This document shows, one piece after another, positions 25,764 to 38,682 of a stretch of DNA of 64,000 nucleotides. Source of the DNA: Octopus sinensis (Eukaryota). Made by a program: the position numbers and the translations under genes. The DNA lies in NCBI RefSeq assembly GCF_006345805.1, contig NC_043001.1, forward strand, positions 130,634,001 to 130,698,000, given 5' to 3'. The notes below the pieces were generated by a model, which was not told the DNA's origin, made no database searches, and worked only from the letters and a program-made list of their open reading frames with translations. The stretch's first letter is position 1. The number at the start of each line of letters is the position of its first letter.

Positions 25764-26624
25764 TATATATATTCTTTTATTCTTTTATACATTTCAGCCC
25801 AAATTCACTCACAAGAAAGAATTTAGGTTGGCTTGTTGATTTGGTGCTACTTTAGAATACATGTGCAAAAATATCATGCAGTAGGACTGAACCCAAACCC
25901 ACTTGTTTGAGAAGCAAGCCTCTTAACCACAGAGCCATGCCAGTACTTGTATGCATGTGTGTGTATGTGTTAGTGTGTATGTGTACCCAGGTATATTCCA
26001 AGGCCTAGTAGTTAAGCTATTCCTCTCATGATAATAAGGTTTTGTAGGTTGGATTCCTAGTCTGTGTAATAACATTATTTAGGATCAAGGCACTTGATTT
26101 TGAACTTGATTCACTCTAATCCCCAGAAAATCAGTACCAGCTGACCACTGGTGCAGCCATCTATTCTCCAGCTGTTACATCCCCATCATCCTAGCAAAAG
26201 CATGATTCATACTACCAAGTCTTAGCTGCAAGTGATGGATAAGTTTTTACTTCAGGAGGGCAGATTGTAGAGCTCAATACACTCAATCTCTGGTTTGCCA
26301 TTTCCTGTCAAACCATCCAACCCTTGCCAACATCATAAGCAAATATTAGTTAGTTAGTTAGTTAGTTAATTTGGCGCAAAGGCAAATAGCAAAGCCATGT
26401 AGGGGGACATGGAGTTAAGTACAGGGTGGTGTTCATGTAAAGAGTTCAGGCCACTTGAGGTCAAGGGAGACTTTGAACAAAGCGGTCGTCGGCATCTTCA
26501 CCATCTCGTCTGGCAGCTTGTTCCACGGATCCGTGACCCGGACGAAGAAAGCTCCTCTCCTTCGATTGAGATATTAGATATTGATGATAATAATGATGAT
26601 GTTATATATCGTCATCATTATCAT

Positions 26625-28003
26625 ATATATATATATATATATATAGGTGCAGGAGTGGCTGTGTAGTAAGTTGTTTGCTTACAAACCACATGGTTCCAGG
26701 TTCAGTCCCACTGTGTGGCACCTTGGGCAAGTGTCTTCTACTATAGCCTCTGGCTGACCAAATCCTTGTGATGCGGATTTGATAGACAGAACTGAAAGAA
26801 GCCTGTCAATATATTGTTTGTTTGTGTGTGTGTATGTACATTTGTGTGTGTGTGTATATGTACGTTTGTGTGTCTGTGTTTGTCCCCCCATCATCATTTG
26901 ACAACCGCTGTTTGTGTGTCTATGTCCCTGTAAATTAGCGGTTCAGCAAGAGACTAATAGAATAAGTACTAGGCTTACAAAGAATGAGTCCTGGGGGTCA
27001 ATTTGTTCAACTAAAGACAGTGCTCCAGGAGGGCCACAGTCAAATGACTGAAATGAATAAAGAATAAAAGAATAATAAAAGAATACAAATGTATATGTAC
27101 ATATATTATATATAAATTTGTATGTGTGTGTGTTTGTGTTTGCTCAGCCATTGTCAACAGACTGCTCAACAATGGCTTCGCCGACCAAAACGTTGAAGTC
27201 ACTGGCAACAAGATTCTTGTGTAAGTATAATAAATATATATATATACAGGGGGTCCCCAAAAAATGTATACACATAGTGGTTCCGCAAAAGAGAACAATA
27301 GAATAAGTACTAGGCTAACAAAGAATAACAAATTTACAATATTTAAGGGGTGTATACATTTTTTTTGGGACATCCTGTATACATAACATTCAAAATGTGT
27401 GTGTATATATATTATATACACACACATTCAAAATGTAACCACATGTGAATCATTGGCGATTTTCTTCCTCCACCTTCCTTTTCTTTGAAGAAGACCTCTA
27501 CTCGAAATGCTAAACCATCTTTCTTTCCTTCCATGAGTGTCTGCTAATACTTTACATGTACTACATCCATGCGTTGTTGTGTTTTTTTTTTTTGTGTTTG
27601 TTCTTCGGTTTTTGGGATTTACTATTTTATATATAAATAGTTGTATACATGCAAATTCTATAAGCATTTATTTATATAGATTTCTCTCCCTCTCTTTCTT
27701 CTAATCCTCTCTTCATAGATATATTTTAAATATATATTATATATATATATATATATATAATATATATAATATACACATATATACACAATGGGTTTCTTTC
27801 ATCTTCTGTCTACCAAATCCACTCGCGAGGCTTTGGTAACCCTAAAGGCTTATAGTAGAAGATACTTGCACAACGTACCACACTGTGGAACTGAACCTGA
27901 AACCATGCAGTTAGGAAGGAAACTTCTTACCACACACAAATGCCTGCACCTATATATATTCCATATATATACATATATATAATATAATACACACAATACA
28001 TAC

Positions 28004-28038
<35 letters not shown>

Positions 28039-29233
28039 GAATTATATATTAAAATATATAAATATATACATATATGAATATAATATTAAATACATAATAT
28101 ATACACAGACATATATACATATAATATATATATATATTATATATATATATATATATAGGTGCAGGAGTGGCTGTGTAGTAAGTTGTTTGCTTACAAACCA
28201 CATGGTTCCAGGTTCAGTCCCACTGTGTGGCACCTTGGGCAAGTGTCTTCTACTATAGCCTCTGGCTGACCAAATCCTTGTGATGCGGATTTGATAGACA
28301 GAAACTGAAAGAAGCCTGTCATATATATGTTTGTGTGTGTGTATGTACATTTGTGTGTGTGTGTATATGTACGTTTGTGTGTCTGTGTTTGTCCCCCCAT
28401 CATCATTTGACAACCGCTGTTTGTGTGTCTATGTCCCTGTAAATTAGCGGTTCAGCAAGAGACTAATAGAATAAGTACTAGGCTTACAAAGAATGAGTCC
28501 TGGGGTCAATTTGTTCAACTAAAGACAGTGCTCCAGCAGGGCCACAGTCAAATGACTGAAATGAATAAAGAATAAAAGAATAATAAAAGAATACAAATGT
28601 ATATGTACATATATTATATATAAATTTGTATGTGTGTGTGTTTGTGTTTGCTCAGCCATTGTCAACAGACTGCTCAACAATGGCTTCGCCGACCAAAACG
28701 TTGAAGTCACTGGTAACAAGATTCTTGTGTAAGTATAATAAATATATATATATACAGGGGGTCCCCAAAAAATGTATACACATAGTGGTTCCGCAAAAGA
28801 GAACAATAGAATAAGTACTAGGCTAACAAAGAATAACAAATTTACAATTATTTAAGGTGTGTATACATTTTTTTGGGACATCCTGTATACATAACATTCA
28901 AAATGTGTGTGTATAATATATATATACACACACATTCAAAATGTAACCACATGTGAATCATTGGCGATTTTCTTCCTCCACCTTCCTTTTCTTTGAAGAA
29001 GACCTCTACTACTCGAATGCTAACCATCTTTCTTTCCTTCCATGAGTGTCTGCTAATACTTTACATGTACTACACCATGCGTTGTTTTGTTTTTTTTTTT
29101 GTGTTTGTTCTTCGGTTTTTGGGATTTACTTTTATATATAAAGTATTTGTATACATTGCAAATTCTATAAGCATTTATTTATATAGATTTCTCTCCCTCT
29201 CTTTCTTCTAATCCTCTCTTCATAGATATATTT

Positions 29234-29282
<49 letters not shown>

Positions 29283-29625
29283 CACATATATACACAATGG
29301 TTTTCTTTCATCTCTGTCTACCAAATCCACTCGCGAGGCTTTGGTAACCCTAAAGGCTATAGTAGAAGATACTTGCACAACGTACCACACTGTGGAACTG
29401 AACTGAAACCATGCATTAGGAAGGAAACTTCTTACCACACACAACCAACATGCCTGACCTATATATATATACCCATATATATATACATATATATCCACAC
29501 ACAATACATAATACATATATATATATAAATATTATATATATATATATATATGAATATATATAAATATATAAATATATACATATATGAATATATATATAAA
29601 TACATAAATATATACACAGACATAT
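26625..29625. repeat. Tandem duplication of a ~1.5-kb composite unit (SINE A, Tc1 MITE, PLE remnant, inverted SINE head)
   Basis: aggtgcaggagtggctgtgtagtaag at ~26645 and ~28157; all internal modules recur at an offset of ~1510. Confidence 0.93.
27247..27377. mobile_element. Tc1/mariner-type MITE (second copy at 28755-28885)
   Basis: TA-CAGGGGGTCCCCAAAAAATGTATACAC ... GTGTATACATTTTTTTTGGGACATCCTG-TA. Confidence 0.85.
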
Positions 29626-29678
29626 TATACTATATATATATATATATTATATATATATATATATATATGTATGTATAA

Positions 29679-29715
<37 letters not shown>

Positions 29716-30250
29716 CATACCCACTTGCATGTAACCACTGACTGACACACACCCCAAACAGAAAATGAGATAGAAATAAGATATTGAATGTCCGGGTATC
29801 AAGTAACACACACATATATCATATGCCAGAATTTCTCTCCCTTCAGGGTCCCTTACCTCACTAGAGAAATGATCCCTAATTCTGTTTTATTGTTTTGTTC
29901 CTTTTTCTTTTTTTTTTTTTTTTGCTCATCTTCAATATGATAGGGGAGAAACTTGATTCCTGTTTTTCACGCAATTTAATTAGTTATTCAAGTTGATGTC
30001 TGGTACTTATCATGTGGGGATCGTATGATAGGGGGTGGTTAGTTTTGAGATGTTTCCCCCCCACACACACACACACATGCACACACACTTCTTCCATCTC
30101 TAAGAGAGAAAAAAATAAAGATCTAGAGGACATCTGGATGTCTGAAGGACACCAAGGCATTAACAATAAAGAGAAATGAAAGGATTCAGATTCAAACATT
30201 GTCTATGTATATATAATCACTGTCTATATATAATTATAATATACAGAAGA

Positions 30251-30630
30251 GGCACAGGCATGGCTGTGTGGTAAGAAGCTTGTTTCCCAACAATATTGTT
30301 CCAGGTTCAGTCCCACTTCATGACAACATGGGCAAGTGTCTTCTACTACAGTTTCAGGCCAACCAGTTCCTTGTGAGTGGATTTGTTAGAATTTATATAG
30401 ATATTTATATTTATTTATATATGTATGTATATGTTTATGTGTGTGTGTGTCTTTTCGTCTGTATTTGTCCTCCCCCACTAACACTTCACAGCCAATGTTG
30501 GTGTGTTTACATCCCTGTAACTTAGTGTTTCAACAAAAGAGACCGATAAAATAAGCACTAGGCTTACCAAAGAATAAGTCCTGAGGTCGATTTCTTCAAC
30601 TAAAAACCCTTTAAGGCAGAGCTCCATAAC
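30251..30630 (+). mobile_element. SINE family A (old, diverged)
   Basis: ggcacaggcatggctgtgtggtaag...ggttcagtccc... Confidence 0.85.
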
Positions 30631-30803
30631 ACAACACAAGTCTATGTACTGATGGGAGTTAACCACTCCACAGTGAGTGAGGATATTATATTGGCAAGCC
30701 AATTTTAGTTGAAATTTAAGCTCATCACTAATTACAAACAGACACACACACACAACACACACACACACACATATTATATATATAAATATATATATATAAT
30801 ATA

Positions 30804-30834
<31 letters not shown>

Positions 30835-30887
30835 CTATATATATATATATATAATATATATATATATATATAATTATATATATATAT

Positions 30888-30929
<42 letters not shown>

Positions 30930-31001
30930 GGAAGTATAAGGTATTTGAGGACCTTATGCATTTTTGCTAACTCTTTATAATCTTTGTTTCAGAAAATAAT
31001 A

Positions 31002-31310
31002 ATGGCAGACCCTCAGTTTACTCATGAAAAGAAGAGGCATGCTGTTATTGTGGTTATAAAGGCTGAGCATAGTGATTTAGAAATAACTTGTTTTTATTTG
31101 TCTACAAAGCTTGTAAGGAGCTAGAGACTGAAGATGGAAACGTATCACCAGTATCAAAGCATAAAAAGTATTCTAAATGCTCTGAAATCATCAGAAGATC
31201 TGAATTTATCCAACAAGTTCAATAGACCATTGACTACAATCCCAGGAAGTCCATGAGGTCAATTGCAAAACATCTCTATCTGTCAGAAGGAACAATCAGA
31301 AATGTTGTCC
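31002..31310 (+). pseudogene. Tc1/mariner-superfamily transposase N-terminal (HTH) relic
   Basis: MADPQFTHEKKRHAVIVVIKAEHSDLEI.../...IIRRSEFIQQVQ*TIDYNPRKSMRSIAKHLYLSEGTIRNVV, with a frameshift and a stop. Confidence 0.8.
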
Positions 31311-31837
31311 TCACAGCCACATCTACACCTACTCAACATTTTATGTCAATCTATATCACATATCTTATATGCATCCATTGGTCAACTGTTTCAATGTCCA
31401 GTTGCTGTCTCAGATCATTTGTGCTCTGTCATTCACACATACACACACATGCACACACATAGGTCTGAAGCAAAGTCTGAAGCAAACCAGGACTAGAGAA
31501 GACATAACACTGATGACATCATGAATGATGGAGAAAAGACTTTGACAAACCTGATTTATTGATTGATTGATTGATTGGTTAACCAAATGATTAATCAAGC
31601 AATCGATTAGTTAACTGGTTAAATAGTTGACCAATAGTTGATAAAGAAATGCAAACAGAACCAGTGTGTGTTTGTTATTAACATAATGATTCCCCCGAGA
31701 TACAACAAAATATGTTTCAACACACAAGTTCACATCAAGAATCTTGCAAATGGAATACAAAAAATGTAATTCATACTGCATGATATTCCTTCAAGTGTTC
31801 TATCATTTCAGGCCTAATTATCATTTCTAAGAAACCC

Positions 31838-32590
31838 AATACCACCACCACTATCAACACCACCACCAATACCATCATCACCAATACTACCACCTTCACC
31901 ATCAACATTATCATCACTGCTATTGCAGCAGCATTCACCAACACTACCACCATCATCAACATTATCATCACAGCTATTGCAGCAACCACCACCACCAATA
32001 GCAACAACAACACCAACACCAAACCACCACCAATACCATCATCACCAATACTACCACCCTCACCATCCACATTATCATCACAGCTATTGCAGCAGCCTCC
32101 ACCACCACCACCACCACCAATAGCAACAACAATACTAACACCAAACCACCACCAATACCACTGCCAACACTGCCACTGCTGCTATCACCACCATTATTAA
32201 TGCTGCTGCTGCTGCAACCACCACCAACACCACCACAATCATCCTTTATAAGCATCACTGCTACCACTCCTGCCATTAATATTCTTCCATCATCACCACC
32301 ATCATTAACATTGTTTCTGCTGCTGCTGCTGCTGCTACTACTACTACTACTACCATCACCACCACCAACAACAACAACAACTACACCAGCAGCAAAACAA
32401 CAGCATTATAATGATTGCTGCTGCCTCTACCACCATCATCACCACAACCACCACCAGCACCACCACCATCAACACAACCACTACCACCATTTCTGCTACT
32501 TCCACAACAACCATCTCCCTCATTTCTTCCCCTTGTTACCATTTTGATCAGCATCATCATCACCTTCGATTACCATCATCATCATAATTA
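31838..32590. repeat. (CCA/CAT/CTG)n low-complexity tract with internal longer repeats
   Basis: The block acattatcatcac(a/t)gctattgcagca recurs three times (~31905, ~31959, ~32069). Confidence 0.9.
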
Positions 32591-33140
32591 TTATCCCTGT
32601 TATCACAAACCGATGTGAGCATTTCAACATCCTAATTTAACCTGTTTAGAAATGGTAGCTAAATCTCTCTCAAACTCACACACTTTACAATCTTAAATAA
32701 AAAGAAAGATACTTTGAATTATAATCCTAGATATATTGTGACAGACTGAATACAATGTCGGGATGATCACTTCTGGGTTGCCTTTTTTTTTTACTGTAGA
32801 TCTGCTTTGATAAGATTAGGCTTGTACCTAAAATCCAACACTACCAATGACAAAAGTCGTATCGCCGCCACCGCCGACATCACAACCACCATCATCACCA
32901 TCATCATCACCATCATCATTACCATCATCATCACCATCATCAACGTCACCACTGAATTGGTAATACCATTGGATGGTACCTTACTGCAACAGTTCATCTA
33001 CTTTCGTTTTTGTATGTAAATTGATATTTTATGACACTTTATGGGAAAACTCATTAAGACAGATGGTGTAGAATACTTCAGCTATCACTGAAATAAAGAG
33101 GAAATCTTATGAATAATGGTGATTGTGTGTGTATGTGTGT

Positions 33141-33171
<31 letters not shown>

Positions 33172-33762
33172 GTGTGGTTCTAAAAATCTTCTCGTCTAAA
33201 CCATACCTACCTAATTAAGTCAAAACGCACACTGTCCCTATAGGCGATCACCAAATGGGAAGCAATGAACTGACTAACCTGTTAGTTCAACCACCTGCCC
33301 TGCAGATATGCAATGGAAAATTTAAGAGAAAGAAGAAGAAAGGGTGATAGGAGGAGGGAGAAAAGAAGGAATATGCTGCAGGCAATTTTTCTGAACAGGT
33401 TGTTGACACATGATTACTCAATCTGCTGAAAATAGCACCCAAACGCCTACACAAATCACACTCTACCATCTTAAATAAAGACTTAATAGAACATTATAGT
33501 CCCTGATATAAAAACTATGAGAATATCAGGGATGGATTATCGTTCATATTCTTTCAACTATGACTGGCCTGTGAATATAAAATAATAATGATTACTTAGA
33601 GCCAATGGAAGAATGTACAAACTGCAAGACACAGTAGCCAAATTTTCCTCTAATTACAACCTGGAATCTTTAATCAGGAAAGGGCTCATAAAATGTAATT
33701 CCAGAAATACAGACAGATGAGATTTTTTTCTGTGTGTGTGTGTGTGTGTATATATTATACTC

Positions 33763-33852
33763 AAAAATAAGCAACAAGAATGGATCCGGTAATTTAGTAC
33801 AATTGTTTCATACTGTACTAAATTACCAGATCCATTCTTGTTGCTTATTTTT
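33763..33852. repeat. Near-perfect 39-bp inverted repeat at a PLE-derived terminus
   Basis: AAAAATAAGCAACAAGAATGGATCcGGTAATTTAGTACA, 12-nt loop, TGTACTAAATTACCaGATCCATTCTTGTTGCTTATTTTT. Confidence 0.92.
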
Positions 33853-34721
33853 TATGATAATCACCCCGCATATTTTTATGGGTAATACCATAAATAATTC
33901 TGGTGCATCTAAATTAAGTACCATATTCATTTGAATCTAAATTGTTTGCTGAACTTATATATATATATATATATATATACTTATTAATTGAAGTGTACGG
34001 TATTATATATCCATTGCAACTGATCTTGCCAATCAATTTTGCACTAGGGGTTCAACAGAGTGTTAGGTAACAGTCCGTTTATGTAACCCTGTACTCATCA
34101 GAGGTAGCTATAAAGGAATGAAACAGCAACTACTCTCTGTCTCTAAATGTATGTATGTATGTATGTATGTATGTACATATATGTATGTGCATATTACTCT
34201 GACAGATACATTTGCTCCAGTGTCTGTTTTGGTATGGTTTCTACAGCTAGATGTCTTTCGTAATACCAACTTTACAGAGTGTGCTGGACACATTTTATCA
34301 TAGCACTGATACTAGTGAGTTTGTCAAGTTATTGCTGAGACTAAGAAAACAAAGGAAGGAAGGAACCTCTTCCACTGAGTGGAGCCATAGTAGAGGGAGA
34401 GGCAGCTTTATGTCAAATGTTGGGAGGCAAAGGTATAATAGGGGAAGCAGCATAGGTGTCTTGTTATGGAAGAGATACATAGCTGCTTCACATTATATAG
34501 GTGTGAGTGGGAGTTGGTGATGAGATGCCAAAGCCTACCCTCAAAGTACAAGTGGACAAGTATTAGAGAAAATATGGACTGAACATAGAGAGGTGTTGGA
34601 GGAAGAAGAGTTTATAGGAGAGTAGGAGGTGGTTTGTGTGGAGGTAGATATAATGTAGTGAATAATGTACAAAGAATTGAAATGTGGTCAATGGTAAATA
34701 TCAGAGCAAGTATAAGGGTAA

Positions 34722-35450
34722 AAGGTAAAGAGCCCCTTCAGTCATGAATGACCATGGGATTGCACCTAGAAAGTTACAAGTCTGGGCAGGGTTGTTTACA
34801 GAAGACCAGCTGTTGCCCATAACAGCCTCTCCTCTTCACATCACTAATGTTATCCAAGAGAAAGGCAAAGGCTGATACAGCTTGGCACCCGTGATATCAA
34901 AACTCATTTCTCGTGAAATGGAGCAATGTGGAATAAAGTGCCTTGCTCAAGAACACAACATACAGCCTGATCCAGGAATTGTACTCACTACCCCCTTATT
35001 GTGAGCCCATGTGGAGGCGCAATGGCCCAGTGGTTAGGGCAGCTGACTCGCGGTCATAGGATTGCGGTTTCGATTCCCAGACCGGGCGTTGTGAGTGTTT
35101 ATTGAGCGAAAACACCTAAAAGCTCCACGAGGCTCCGGCAGGGATGGTGGTGATCCCTGCTGTACTCTTTCACCACAACTTTCTCTCACTCTTACTTCCT
35201 GTTTCTGTTGTACCTGATTTCAAGGGGCCGGCCTTGTCACTCTGTGTCACGCTGAATATCCCCGAGAACTACGTTAAGGGTACACGTGTCTGTGGAATGC
35301 TCAGCCACTTACACGTTAATTTCACGAGCAGGCTGTTCCGTTGATCGGATCAACCGGAACCCTCGTCGTCGTAACCGACAGAGTGCTTCTACTACTCACT
35401 ACCTCATTATTGTGAGCCCAACACACTCACAACCGAGCCATGCACCTTCA
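34722..35450 (-). mobile_element. Old SINE-like repeat, host of the SINE C insertion; inverted relative at ~35735-36008
   Basis: ccccttcagtcatgaatgaccatgggattgcacctagaaag; its reverse complement is at ~35955-36000. Confidence 0.7.
35011..35392 (+). mobile_element. SINE family C (tRNA-Arg-like head; probably an Octopus OR-type SINE)
   Basis: GTGGAGGCGCAATGGCCCAGTGGTTAGGGC..GACTCGCGGTC..GGTTTCGATTCC; flanking ~28-bp duplication tactcactacc..ttattgtgagccca. Confidence 0.9.
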
Positions 35451-35569
35451 CAGTGTAAGCATGAAGGTAAAAAGAAATAGATCATGAAGGAGGAGATGAT
35501 AAGGGGCCATACAGGAGAGGGAGAGAAAAGCTGTATAGATGAATTAGAAAATAGGGAAAGCTTGTAGAT

Positions 35570-36129
35570 CAACGGCACTCTACTGGGGTCCACATGGTCT
35601 TGAGAGGTCCATATAAGATTTTGTCGTTATAATCCATGTGCAATAAAGTGGTTATACTTCTACAATACACAAAATATTTCAATAATTTTTTTATACAATT
35701 CTTTAAAGGTTAAAGCGCTGCATGATCAATTTCAGGACTGGGCTGTGTAGTGTGTTCTTGAGCAAGACACTTTATTTCACATTGCTCCAGTTCAGTCATC
35801 TCTGGAAATGAGTTGCAACATCACTGGTGCCACACTGTATTGGCTTTTGCCCTTCTCTTAGATAACATTGGGGGCATGGAAAAGGGAGGCTGGTATGCAT
35901 GGGCAACTGCTGGTCTTCCATAAATAACTTTGCCCAGATTTGTGCTTTGGAGAGGAACTTTCTAGGTGCAATCCCATGGTTATTCATGACTGAAGGGGGT
36001 CTTTACCCAATAATATTTAATAATAAAAATATACAAGAATTTTCTTAAACATCAAATGGCTATGAGGGTCCACCAAAGTAAAATAGAAATGAAAGGGGTC
36101 CATAAACAAAAACTGGTTGAGAACCACTG
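35570..36129. mobile_element. hAT-like non-autonomous element, interrupted
   Basis: Right end ggttgagaaccactg and repeated ggggtcca subterminal motifs; left end decayed. A similar end is at ~11540-11586. Confidence 0.55.
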
Positions 36130-36253
36130 CTGTAGATAGATGAGATATAAAAAAAAAGGAGATGATGTGCATGGTAAATATGAGAGGGTCTGGAAAAGGA
36201 AGTTTTGGAAGCTTAAGGATCCAGCAAACAATCAGAAATTAAGAGATATTCTA

Positions 36254-36645
36254 GGTGTAGGAGTGGCTGTGTGGTACGTAGCTTGCTTACCAACCACAAG
36301 GTTCTGGGTTCAGTCCCACTGTGTGGCACCTTGGACAAGTGTCTTCTACTATAGCCTCAGGCCGACCAAAGCCTTATGAGTGGATTTGGTTGACAGAAAC
36401 TGAAAGCCCGTCATATATATGTATGTGTGTGTATATGTTTGTGTGTCTGTGTTTGTCCCCCCATCGCTTGACAACCGATGCGGGTGAGTTTACGTTCCCG
36501 TAACTTAGTGTTTGGCAAAAGAGACCGATAGAATAAGTACTAGGCTTACAAAAAATAAGTCCTGGGGTCGATTTGCTCGACCAAAGGCGGTGCTCCAGCA
36601 TGGCCACAGTCAAATGACTGAAACAAATAAAAAAGTAAAAGAGAG
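36254..36645 (+). mobile_element. SINE family A
   Basis: Full head, linker and GTAAAAGA tail. Confidence 0.92.
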
Positions 36646-37019
36646 TATGAAACATTTGGGGAAAAGGAGGGAGGGAGGGAGGGTGAGGCAGAGATGTATA
36701 ACATAGAAGACAACTGTGAACTACAGCTGGTGCAAAGTCCAGGCCAGACTAAGAGTGATGCCATAGGAGAACAGTAAGTCTGACAAAGCTATGAAAGTGG
36801 AAGGATAGACTTTCAAAAACTGGAAAATAGGAGGCAGCAGTGAATTTTACATCGTAACAGAAGAAGCAAAAAGTAAGAGGTTTGTCAGTGTTCTATAACA
36901 TGAGGATCAAAGATATGAGGTAATCCAGGTTGCAAAGTAGTGTATCAGAAAGAATTGAGATGTTGTAGATGTGAAATGTGAGTGGATGTATAATGGTATA
37001 ATAATAATAATAATAATGA

Positions 37020-37382
37020 AATTATTGTATACAGTGCTCAGGTGCACCACAACTTGTCAGAAAGTGCATATAAAGTACATGCAGTAATGTAGAAATGTCT
37101 GGAAAGCGAACAATGTATGAGTCAGATACATGCTTGTGTGTGTATGGAGGGGAGAAAATCAGGTGTAGTGTTGGTGAATCTCAGGAAGCATGGAAGTTTT
37201 GAAGGATGCAGTGCTCCGACTACTAATAACTGATGTCGGTAGTTTGTTCCATGCTTCAGCAACTCTCAGCGTAAAAAATGTTTCCTGAAGTCATGGGAGC
37301 TGTGCTGTTTTCTTACTTTGTAAATATGTCCACGGGTGTTAGATGGGCGGAGTTTGAAAAGGTGCTCAGAGTTATTGTTTGT
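37020..37382 (-). mobile_element. CR1-type LINE 3' fragment
   Basis: Near-identical to 51270-51648; (ATT)n tail. Confidence 0.88.
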
Positions 37383-37399
37383 ATGCTTGTACTTAGTCC

Positions 37400-37690
37400 C
37401 GAAAGTGTGCCTATATCACCCACTCTATCACTGTTACCTACCTAAAGAACTTCTACCTTTGTACCATGTGGATGAGAAGTCTAGCTGACACTCCCCCTTA
37501 TCTCACTGCTTCCTCACAGTATATGTGTATGAGCCTTCAGTCTAGCATTTCAAGAATCTTACTGGATCTAACTTTCATTGTGCCAGCATTGATTCTGGCA
37601 GCTCTAAAGCTGTGAATTTGATAGGAAGCATCTAAGATAGTTGCAGGACTGTTATCCAGTACCTGAAATGAAGATTTCTGTGAATACTTG
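37400..37690 (-). mobile_element. RTE LINE apurinic-endonuclease N-terminal relic
   Basis: FRAARINAGTMKVRSSKILEMLD resembles the RTE 'LRVGTLNVGTMxGRSxEIVEML' motif. Confidence 0.6.
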
Positions 37691-37984
37691 CCAACAGGCA
37701 GAGGGTTCCTGTACAAGTCCAATTAATTTAAACAAACAATTGCTACTTAATGAATTACAATCTCCCTCGCTCCTGCAATCCATCAAAGTCAAGTGCTTGC
37801 AAGGAGAAGGGAGAGGAGAAGTCGGGTGGCAGGGACTGAAAGGGAAAGTGTGGATTTCTGACTACCTGGAAGAAGAGAAGAGAAAAGGGTGCAGCATATG
37901 CAGCAACAGTGAGAAATAATGATAGCGAGAGTCTGTGTACACTCCCCACTAGAATGTTTCGTATCAATATATGTAAGCATTACA

Positions 37985-38217
37985 AAGGCGGCGAGCCGGC
38001 AGAACCGTTAGCACGCCGGACGAAATGGGTAGCCGTATTCCGTCTGTCATTACGGTCTGAGTTCAAATTCCGCCAAGGTCAACTTTGCCTTTCATCCTTT
38101 CGGGGTCGATAAATTAAGTACCAGTTACGCACTGGGGGTCAATGTAATCGACTTAATCCCTTTGTCTGTCTTTGTTTGTCCCTTCTGTGTTTAGCCCCTT
38201 GTGGGTAGTAAAGAAAT
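37985..38217 (+). mobile_element. SINE family B
   Basis: TSD atatatgtaagcattac on both sides. Confidence 0.93.
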
Positions 38218-38650
38218 ATATATGTAAGCATTACTCACACACACATACACATACATGCACACATACATACACGCATGATTGTTGTAAATGAGTGTCACTG
38301 TCATACAAGCAGTGTCTGTCATTTCCAATCTTCCATGAAAACATGTCTGGCCATGAGGCAATATACTTCACTTTGAAGCAGGTAAGAGTTGGTGACAGAA
38401 AGGGCATCCATCCAGGACTATCACCAGACTTTTGTGCTTGGGGGTGCTTCAGAATATTCTAGGTTGGCACTAATTTGTAAAATGCCGAAATGTAGTTTTG
38501 AAATGAGTGTATAACTGTAAATCCAAGGGGTACACCACTGAATAGTTTGTGGAGGTGGGGTGCAATATCCTCCAGTGCTCTCTCCCCCAGCGACAAGCAT
38601 ACATCTAGCTGCAGAAAGTCTGCCTCAACAAATTCAGTCTGACAAATTCA

Positions 38651-38682
<32 letters not shown>

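Noticed and set aside
33228-33270. Hairpin cattgcttccc...gggacagtg as a miRNA
   Set aside because: The stem is too short and mismatched.
35011-35090. tRNA-Arg gene (also 58447 and 52292)
   Set aside because: The tRNA-like head continues into a 380-bp repeat body with TSDs, so it is a SINE.
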